A DNA stretch of 59,836 nt, filler included, from Catajapyx aquilonaris (taxonomy: Eukaryota): the NCBI GenBank assembly GCA_000934665.2. It is 3 parts of 3 records of this genome, joined end to end, with 100 filler letters (N's around TTAATTAATTAA, not from the genome) between each part and the next. Parts side by side here need not be neighbours in the genome. Positions count along the whole stretch, not along the records: positions 39,971 to 59,836 come from JYFJ02006376.1; 2 more parts are not named here. One strand, written 5' to 3'. The position numbers were made by a program, and so were the translations under genes. The first letter of the stretch is position 1. Every line of letters begins with the position of its first letter. Positions 50,801-59,836 of this stretch are shown here, piece by piece. A model generated the notes under the pieces. The model was not told where the DNA came from and did no database searches. It was given only the letters and a program-made list of their open reading frames with translations.

Positions 50801-53800
50801 GGCAAATTGTTCCGTCGGTGTGTCGTAATAAGTTATGGGCCCTGTAACGGCGACATGGTTGATGATAATGTCCCTTTCAAAATCGCAGGACCAGACACTT
50901 ATGACATTGGAATTCTCACTACGGATGGTTTAATAGGTCACAAGTTCATACATTTTTAAAAATTCCATTGCCAAAGCGTCTTAAATGGCTGTTATCAATA
51001 CGTACGATACGTTACGACGTTAATGTAAGCGTTCAGCTTGACAGAATTTGCGTACGTGGCCGTACAATTGTACACTCCGGCGTCGCGCTCCTCCATTTTG
51101 TTTATGAAGAGTCCTAGTGATTTCCCATAAATTTGATCCACGTACACTCTGTAACTGAAAATTCGGAGAAATTAGCATTGCAATCTTCATTGTCGTGTCG
51201 TTACCACTCTTTTTTTTTTTGAACACATCCAGTGATTGTAACTTGGGCATGTTACAATCAGTTATGGCTTGTACGGTGCTGTTTACCGTCTGTGACATCA
51301 ACAGTACAGTGACATAACATTTTGTTTTTAGTGACACATGCCAATTATTTACACATAACATGCCACGTGATTTATATTACGGTGCATTTGCACGAGTATG
51401 ACAAAAACTCCATGTTGGTTTTACGAAAACCTGCAATAAAATTCATTTAATGTAAGTAGTTTTGCGAGTAAAAATGCTGTGGTGCATGCCACGAATTGCT
51501 GTATCATGTAACGCAACTGTTGTACAGAGCATTCATATACACCGGGCATGCATGGAATGGATGCGTGTTGTTGCCTGTGACATGAGGAATGTGAAAAAGC
51601 AGATAATATAAGAGGTGGAGATGAGAGGAAAATACTCCCTTAGCTGATGTCGCACCAAAGTCTATAGTACTGTACTGTGTGTGAAAGTGAGGAATGCAAG
51701 CAGTGATATACAGAGAAAAAAAATGCATAGTGAGGAAAAAAGTATGTTTGTCATTCTTGAATATTTACTGAAATTTGTAATTTTAATCTGGAGAGAAAAT
51801 CGTTTTCCAGTCGTATATCTGTTTCTATATGATAATTAGTGGAATGGTAATCAGAGTTTTGATGAACGTTTCGAGATGTAACAGCGATTTTCTTTCCAGA
51901 CTCTAAGGAAATGTGCCGTGATCATGAACTTTATAACGTACTGTACAATAACGTACCGCTGCTGCGTACCACCATCGTCAGGTGAAGTGCAACAAACGTA
52001 CATTACCTTCATGATCCATAAGCCAGCTTCCTTGCCGGTAATAAAAATTGTTTGTATGGAGAAAAAAAAAAGCTCTAGCTATTAAAGCTTAAAAAGGTAA
52101 TAATAGTGATTAACAAATCCTACCGACTCATTTTATCATAAATTTTAGGCAAATTTCTAAACCCAGGGATGCAATAGCCCAATATTCTCTAATCCATACC
52201 TGATAGTTTATACATGCAAATGGTAGTAAAAGGGTCATGCGAAAAATTACGCAACAACAGGGTACCGTATATATCCGCGGGACACGTTAATTACGTCCAC
52301 TGCCCCATTAAGTTATCAACCGTTTGATGTCTATATAAATGAAGTGTTATGTAATAATTAAGCATTCTGGCATAACCATTTTTGAAGGGAGTCCATAAAT
52401 CCAGGTGAGATGTGACGGATGCAAAGTGTGAGTTGTGGAGCACTCCCAAAAAAAACTGTGGTGGTCAAACGGGCATTCCTGTGCTGAGTCACTTGGAAAT
52501 CCAGTGCAGTCATCCGTGTCTTACATCCTATTCCACAACATGGCGCAACTCAATCGTTTGACTCAACAGTGTTACGCTCGAGTCACCTTCGTGGACTCGA
52601 GCCATGTACAGGGTGTAACAAAAGGCATCGGACTTGAACGCATGCGGCGAACACTGCCAGACAAAATTTTGACAACGACGCGTGAAATCCGGGCAGCAGA
52701 TTGGCTAAAGGCCAGTGACGTCACGTTCTCTCGGCCAATCTCCTGCCAGGATCACAACTGGCGCGGTGTTGCCATTCCGCCCTGAGCGTCCCATCCGCCC
52801 TGAGCGTCCCATCCGCCCTGAGCGTCCCATCCGCATGAAGTTTCAGTCCAAACGCCACGTTCCTTTTGTTCAACCCTGTATGATCATGCAGACTAATTGC
52901 TAACAGAAAACACCGTCATTCTGGTACAACGCTGAACAACAGGAGGAATATCAGCTGCGGGGGTACAGTTGTAGTTGCCACTACGGTCGGCAGCAGCAGC
53001 ACAAAAGGTTGTAACTTGAAAGTCAGAGTTATTTTTCGCAGCTGACAGCCCTACAGGTTTAGCTGTGGATAAGTGCATTGTCTAACACTACTCATTTGGT
53101 CCTGCCCCCAACAACATGGGTACGAATATGTACATGCTGGACGTACAGTCACAAGCGGTAACGAAACAGAAATTTTGGACCTTCCAAAGTGTTAACAGTA
53201 CTACGGTATAGACTGCAGCTACTACAGAGTTCTACACAAGTATACCCTTCTTTACCTTTTGTCTGGTCCTTGGCTTGGAGCAGTGGCAGGAAGAATAAAT
53301 ATAGCAACCGTGAGAACAAGCTTGCCAATACTTAATTTACGCTCAGTTTCCAATTAGGGCACTTACTCTACAGATTCATTACGTTCAGTAAAAATAAGTA
53401 AATTAATATGGTTCTTCTTAGGGTTGCAATGTGGATCACGTTAAAGAGCCAAATGATCGCCATTAACCCTTTGCGGCATAGTGTTTGCAATTGCAAACAC
53501 TCGGAAATATTTTTTTCCCGCCGTAACAGATGGTGTTTGCATAATGTCTGCTAGCTACTGTCCTCTATAATAAGGGGCAAACTCGAAGCTGCCAAACAAT
53601 AAGCAGCTCTGGTGAATCCGGCCCATTGTAATGGCGCGGTCTTTGACGTTTGCGCGTGCGCGTCTGTGCGATTTTCTCATTCAGAACAGTTTATCGGTAC
53701 AGGGCAAAATGGAAACGGGCAGTAATTGGTTTTTGTAAATCCAACAACTTGTAATATTACTAGTGTTTCCATTTGGGTACATTATTGTGAGACAATAGTG

Positions 53801-56800
53801 GCATAACAATAGTGGCATAACAATGATTGTGCACAGATTCAGGTGGCCATGAGCTACAGGCAATGTTGCACTGCGCAGCTGAAAATTATTTATTTTTTAA
53901 AGTGTGTTACAGAGTCAAATAAATAGTTTTGGAGTGGCAGTTCTTCACTATTATTCTGAACTGTTTTCAAAGATTCGCTCAATGTGCCATGGTGATGGCA
54001 ATTAAGAGGAAAATACCTCATAACTACAAAAGTATGTAAGGAATCATTTTGTTATATTTTTTCCCTGCCTAACTGATGCCCAGTGACCATGTCACGTGAC
54101 ATTTCAAAGGGAACCGCATTAGCATCTAACGAGGTGTCTCAAAGGGTTAAACAAGGTGTTACGCACTTTGAGAATTTCTACGATAAAATTACTATTGGCA
54201 GTTTTGGCTACATTAATTATGAAGCCAAAATGGCTAAAGAAACTATAGGGGTATCACCTTAGAAATTCGTCTGCATGTAATATAGCTTTTTGTTTTTATT
54301 TTATTTTATTTTACCCCGTGCAAGAGAACAATGCCCTTATTGGGGGGTGGCACACCACCATCAGTTTTCTGATTTATTAACTTCAATCTCCGGTGCAAGG
54401 AATCAAGGACGTAGGGTTTAGGGTAGGGTAGGCCAGACACCACCAAGGCGCGGGTCCTGACACAGGCGAAAGGGAAATCCCAGGCGGGGATCGAACCCAG
54501 GACCTCTCGCTCATCAAGCCGAGCCGTTGCCGGCTCGACCACCACGCCTCCCCTGCATGTGATATAGAGCATCTTACATGTAAAATATACGCAACCGTCG
54601 TGGGTAATAATTACAATAAGCGCCGGCTATTTTAAGTAACGCGGTCATCAAGGTGGCCAGCAAAATATAGCCCAGCTTATTGGGGCCACCAGAACTGCGG
54701 TGGTTACCACATTACGACATGTAAGTGTGTGTGAGAGAGGGTGATACGGCCTCATTCGGCATCAATCGAGATATGAGGTATGGCAACCACAAGGCAATTT
54801 GGGCGCTTTATGGTAGATTTCCCACAGGTTCATAGACGCCACTATTGAAACAGCTCTTTAACATGGCAGATAAGAGGTCGAAATCGCCGGAACATTAATC
54901 CACAGCACGCAAGACTTTGCAACCCTAAGGCATAAGACCTTAGGCATTTTTTTGGAATATATATTTTTTTTTTATGGCTCTGATGAGGTTGCTGTAAAAA
55001 AATTCTGCCGCTGCAGTAACAGACGCAGGTAGATTGTAACCTGGCACCAGCAGTCCTAGGGGCTTTTACTACCTTTTTTGCTAACATTTCCCGCTGTTTC
55101 TGGGCTCGTAATTTTGTTTTTTAAATAATGTAATTTTACGTTAGGAATCAAAAGCACGTGCAATGGGTTAGCAGCGCCAGACTTCAGTCCAATACAGAAT
55201 TGTTGACTGCATTTGTAAAAAAAGGCAGCGCATGCAAAAAAAAAAAAGTATTGTTGCTACCCGCACATTAGGCATGGATGAGTTTTAATAATGGTTGCGT
55301 TATCAAACTTTAGGGGAGCTTATCAAATGCTGCTGGTAGGGGGAAAATGCTGCTTTATTTGTTCGTTTTATCATTATTCAGGTCTGCTATCTAGCAAGAT
55401 CGCATGACATTTTTTTAAAAAAAAGTAGTGACTCATCAATGAGGTACTTCATCCAGCTTAATTCTTGTATGACATTCTTCAAGAACCTCTAGAATTTGAT
55501 AAGCTCCCCTTCTTTTTTTTCTATTACTTCAGCAGGTTCCTGCCATTTTAGAAAAGTGTCCATTAGCTAAAACGGTCCCTTTTTCAGTCCTTCCGCATTC
55601 ATTACTTCTCCTTTAAAGCAGGCTTAGAAGCCACTACACCATGAAACAATTCGCCAATATTCGGTCCCTAGAAAGTAAGTGGATCGATCCCTACTGCCTC
55701 CGACATCTCTTCGCTTTTTTTTCATTCAAAAAAAAAATCCTGGCCTCTAGGGCATGTACTGTATACACGCACACATGAAAAGGGCGGTGTATCGATACGG
55801 ATCTGTATTGGACCGAAGCAAAAAAGCCAGAAGCGATTCGGCCTGTCGGTTCTGTATTCACAGTCATGGATGGGGTTACTTACACACTGGTTCATCGCCT
55901 GCTGGAGTCCACCGAAATGTATCACACACACTTTCATCTAAACCCCTGTGCACTTGCTAGACCTGGTTCTAATTATTTTTTAAAAATATATTTGCAGACT
56001 AAACACACTGTGCTGCCTGCTCTCAGGTCTACTGTGCACTAGCACTACTTCTAATTCGCGCCTAAGTGACAGCCAACAACATTAGCTTTCAAAATATGAT
56101 TCTACTAACTTTTTTTTCATTTTGGTTTCCATATGTGCGATTTCGGTGTGTGGCGAGTAGGAGGGAAAAAAAGGATCCCAGGTGAGTAAAATGCGAATGG
56201 ATTAGGTATGCGTTATTTAACACATCAATGGGACATTGACCAGGACAAACTGTGTAAATTCTGACAACATTATACACCATTAATTTTGGGTTACATTGAA
56301 ATGGTGATTGCCAATCAATTCTCGTTTATGGTGTATTTTAATGGTTCAAAGCGTATGGCACACTCACACCATGGATTCCAAACTGTGGTACACACACTTT
56401 TTCTGGAGATATCCAAGGAGAGTAGTTTAAAAAATATTTATATTTAAAAAGAAACAAGAAAGAGAAGAAGAAACATGACAAAATTGTATCACTATTAAAT
56501 TATTTGACTAGTTATGCAAAAAATATGCAAAACAGTTTTCCACGGAAAAATATTGCTTCGAACATGACGATAACAGTAATAAGTAAGAATAATATTTAGC
56601 ATTTGTATGGTCGTGTCCATGCAATTCACTCCATCTGGCTTAATTACCTGTTGTCTTCCGGGATTACGTTCTTCTCCGGACCCCACCACTTAAGTTGGGT
56701 AATACTCTCCGGACTCTCCACCTCTGGATTGCAAGTAAACACATTGCTGCTTCCCAGGGCCAATGTGTGCTCCGCTCCAGATGGAGATATCACCAGTCGG

Positions 56801-56819
56801 GGTTCCTGAGCCCATGATG
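41861..56819 (-). CDS. Fas2: Fasciclin-2 / NCAM orthologue (5 Ig + 2 FN3 + TM + PDZ-binding tail); signal-peptide exon not identified
   Basis: In-phase GT-AG exons 56819-56648, 51148-51006, 50841-50707, 50651-50521, 50030-49581, 49477-48862, 48618-48350, 48281-48095, 43472-43329 (TM: GVIVGLVVGILLFLLVAIDLFCY), 43268-43190, 42847-42749 and 41954-41861 ending KDSVV*. Ig motifs DAGVYNC, DEGVYTC, DGGYYKC, DDGLYAC; Fas2-typical VNLTCVAESIPNATI. Confidence 0.93.
42152..42430 (-). CDS. Fas2: Fas2 alternative cytoplasmic exon (93 aa, Pro/Arg-rich)
   Basis: Acceptor CCTTTATGTAG and donor GTAACG; 279 nt, symmetric phase 2, open frame RRRPTPPARRSAHTPPRS...DYWPDVMPTW. Confidence 0.65.
47277..47410 (-). 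CDS. Fas2: Fas2 alternative terminal exon encoding a GPI-anchor signal
   Basis: Phase-1 acceptor CTTTCTCTTGTAG, then DPTRSGSPSDSQPSTDTSSALTEDIHVLFLLVCLTLVTSFSSQH* (Ser-rich spacer plus hydrophobic C-terminus). Confidence 0.75.
52609..52878. mobile_element. Mariner-type MITE containing an 18-bp tandem repeat (3 copies)
   Basis: TA-CAGGGTGTAACAAAAGG...CCTTTTGTTCAACCCTG-TA; repeat TCCGCCCTGAGCGTCCCA at ~52776-52834. Confidence 0.75.
53467..54146. mobile_element. piggyBac-type MITE
   Basis: TTAA-CCCTTTG...CAAAGGG-TTAA. Confidence 0.8.
54290..54553 (-). mobile_element. tRNA-derived SINE family A
   Basis: Minus strand GGTTCGATCCCCGCC B-box, body related to 2946-3097, A-rich tail. Confidence 0.65.
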
Positions 56820-56835
56820 CTGGAAAGAACAAAAA

Positions 56836-56920
56836 AAACGCCATCTATACTTTATATTCAGAACTAACTTGTAAGCGCCATCTATACTACACATTTCGTA
56901 CTAATTCAGCGCCATCTTTG
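56836..56920. promoter_or_regulatory. Cluster of three CTCF-like motifs
   Basis: CGCCATCT at 56839, 56876 and 56910 (reverse complement (T)AGATGGCG), spaced 37 and 34 bp. Confidence 0.45.
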
Positions 56921-59836
56921 GAAACAAGTTCTGTACCGCTTTGACGCGATTCAGAATCCATTTGAAAGGATAGAATATCTAAAGCTAGCAAGCCCAACTT
57001 TAGACTGACAACAGCACAGAGTGCCAGGCATAACGAAAACCTTTGAAGGCGTTGGGGGTACAGTGTAAAAGCCGTTCTTGGTGCGTTCCTTGAAGGATGG
57101 AAGTCTCGGCTGTGCTTCCTTTCAAACAGTCCCACTGATCCGTGAGGAACTAAGCTTCTTCTGAGCCCCGAATAGCCTAATCAATCCACTGAAACGTCAT
57201 CAGTGTTCCACATTTACCAGCAGCAAAATCCTGCATCTCTACCCTGAACCCGATCCGAATCCAGCCTCCAGACTGAGTGAAAAGGATGAAACGAGAAGAC
57301 TCAGCAAAGCTTCGCAGACTTCCAATCAATTCCTCCCACCCAATATTTTTTTTCCGGATCCCACCCTTTAGTTCCCCCTCATACTTCATTAGCCACCTTA
57401 ATTCACTTTGCAGATGTGCAATGAAAGTGACATGCTATCGATATTTTTTGGGGGTTCGATTCTTAATAATTTTAAATAATTATTGCATTTGAAGAAATAA
57501 AATACACTAATTATTTTCTAAATTAATTTTGAACACACTCATGGAATATTACAGTGAAATTGGCTGATTTTTATTTTTTGTTTACTGAACTGTTAATTTT
57601 TAACAATTTAAATTTTTTATTTATTTACCCCTTAATAGAGCCTGATACAGCAGTGCTCTCTTGGAGGGAAATTTAAAATATATATTGAGAATTCCAAAAA
57701 TAATGACAGTGAGCCACTAATTGCCCAACAACATTCCTCTTGTGTTAACTTGCCCCTCTCCTAATTAAGATCTCATCCTGTCAGTCCATGGATTTCCAAC
57801 TTGGCTTATACACAGCAGAGTCTGTTAATTAAGCCCGGATTCTTCGTGGTATGCGAGGTGGGCCATCCCGAAGACTTGTCCTCTGGAGGACCGAGGGGGT
57901 AATTGGGAGGCTGCTCGTTCCTCCCTTATATTTTTTTTCTCCTCCTTTCCCCCCTTTTCTTGCAGAGAAGATTTCCCTTAGTCCCTTTCTCCTTGCCTGG
58001 CTTATGTTAATGGCCCAGAGGGGATCTGAATAGGAGCCGAGCTGATCCGGGGCAAACTCGGCGCAAGAAGCCTGTCACCAGCATAAAATATCCGGAAGAG
58101 GTGAAAAGCTCCTTGCCGTCGAGGGATTATTTCCCTTACTTCCGGGCAGCACCAGCCATTATTTTAGCCCGGCCTGTGTTATCCAGGGGAATGGCGACAC
58201 GTGGCAGTGGTCATTTTGGGGGGGGGGCCAGGACTTATATATGAATCGCAAGAAAAACTGCCTACTTGTTCCAGGAAGAAAAGCTCTCCAAAAGTGGTGC
58301 AAAGAACATGAAATGATGTTATGAGCCGAGGTTGCCTTCGTATAACAAAGCCGTATTTCTTGAGCTAGGAGTTCCCAGCAACTCGCATGAACACCTATAA
58401 ATCCAACCTGGTTTTTTTTTGTGCCAGAACCCGATTTCATAACTGGTGCTAGAGTCGTCAAACGCTTGGGGAGCGTTGGTCTGAACCGATCCATGAAAAT
58501 CGGGCGTGATGACAGCTTCCAAAAATGGGGGACAGTCGCTCCACACCTTGATGGATGGCCCTTCACAGGGATGTACCTCATTTCGATATATGGCACTAAA
58601 ACCTACAGCGCAAAGTATTTAAAGTACTGAGTGTGAATCAGAAGTAAAATATTTAATGAAAATCACTCAAATTTTCTGATTCGATATGGCAACGTCGCAT
58701 CTGTTTAGACCCATCCTCTTTAGCCCGCCTCTGATAATTGGAAATTTTACACCAAATTATAGCCTAAAACGTACAAGCGCATGGTAGGGAGAGAAGATAA
58801 AAAAAAATAGATGCCCGAGCGGGTGAATAATGCACCATTATCAATTAATAGAGAGAGGGTATAGGGGGGGATGCTCTAATTAGTGAATTCATTCGCGTGA
58901 CCCTCTACCGGTCGCTAATCAGCTTTCCGCTCCCTGAATGACGCCAGATTATTATTCGAATCAATAAGTGACGAGCAGCTTGGGATGGGTGCGTCTCTGG
59001 CTATTTTCATACCAACCTAAGCTATAAAGGATTACTAACATGGCAGTCAAGTTTTCAAACAGTTACAACTGTCCTGGCTTACCGCATGTGGCACATGTCA
59101 CAGACCGGAACGAACCCAGAATAAAAGATGGTGGGCCATTCGCTATTCAACGAGCTGGAATCTACAATTCCGGCCAGTTATCGCACTTAATTGACAAGGA
59201 AGCCAGATCCGAGTTCATCGGCTTACAAATTATTCAGTTGAATACAGTGACCCTGTCTGGAAGCTGAATCTTGAAGATAGGTAAAAGAGTAAGGTAGCAG
59301 ATCTGAAGTTCAAATTAGCCTTGGCGCCTCAGAACGCATCGAAAAATGTCGCTATAGCAGTATGACGCGATTAATGTCCAACAATGTACCAAAATGGGTA
59401 AAATCGCTGATTTTTTTAAAATATTGTAAATCATCTGCCATTATATGCAGCCAAGAAGCCACACATCACCAACTACCATCTCCCCCGTTTTCAACAGCCC
59501 TCTTTATCAAGATGGAGGAATAGGGAGGCACACCCTTTAGACCGTCCAGAACAGAGAAACAAAGGCAGGGTGTGCTCGTACATCTAGATTTATAGCCACC
59601 TTTTTTTTTTAAAAAAAAAAGAAGTGTTCTCTAAAAATATATATTTTACGCCCCGGAAGAGTTCAGGCTCACATGACATAATCCCGATAATCAAAATGGC
59701 AGTGACCCCACCTCTTTTCCTCCGTCAAACTTGTCCATTCCTCAAATTTTAGTTCCTGAAATAATAGAAAAACGGTAAGGCCATAGGACCATCCATCACC
59801 TTCTGGCAATTAATCAAACCTCCCCCGCTTAACCCA

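Noticed and set aside
52893..53078. Minus-strand ORF with an Ig-like DRSGNYNC motif, suggesting a Dscam-style mutually exclusive exon
   Set aside because: Available acceptors are phase 1 whereas the slot needs phase 2, and there is no other similarity to the real exon at 51148-51006.

Overview
Eukaryotic genomic DNA, most likely arthropod (spliceosomal introns, a Fasciclin-2 orthologue). The window is three unrelated ~19.9-kb contigs joined by artificial 100-nt spacers (N44-TTAATTAATTAA-N44 at 19883-19982 and 39871-39970). Contig 1 (1-19882) holds the 3' exons of FKBP2 (+) and a complete 3-exon prefoldin-2 gene (-). The 7.8-kb prefoldin intron is packed with MITEs, SINEs and a decayed transposase carrying several inverted duplications. 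Contig 1 also has a spliced SMC6-like gene (+) whose Walker A P-loop is deleted in frame and which appears to stop after ~330 aa. Contig 2 (19983-39870) contains no intact host gene. It is a ~16.5-kb patchwork of short coding fragments of many unrelated transposon superfamilies (Ty3/Gypsy gag, protease, integrase and env; mariner; pogo; hAT; Academ; CMC-type exons). The fragments are butted together without termini and every recognisable one lies on the + strand, like a uni-strand piRNA-cluster fragment library. Contig 3 (39971-59836) holds most of a Fasciclin-2/NCAM gene (-) with alternative GPI, transmembrane and cytoplasmic cassette exons. All family assignments rest on motif recognition by eye; no searches were run.
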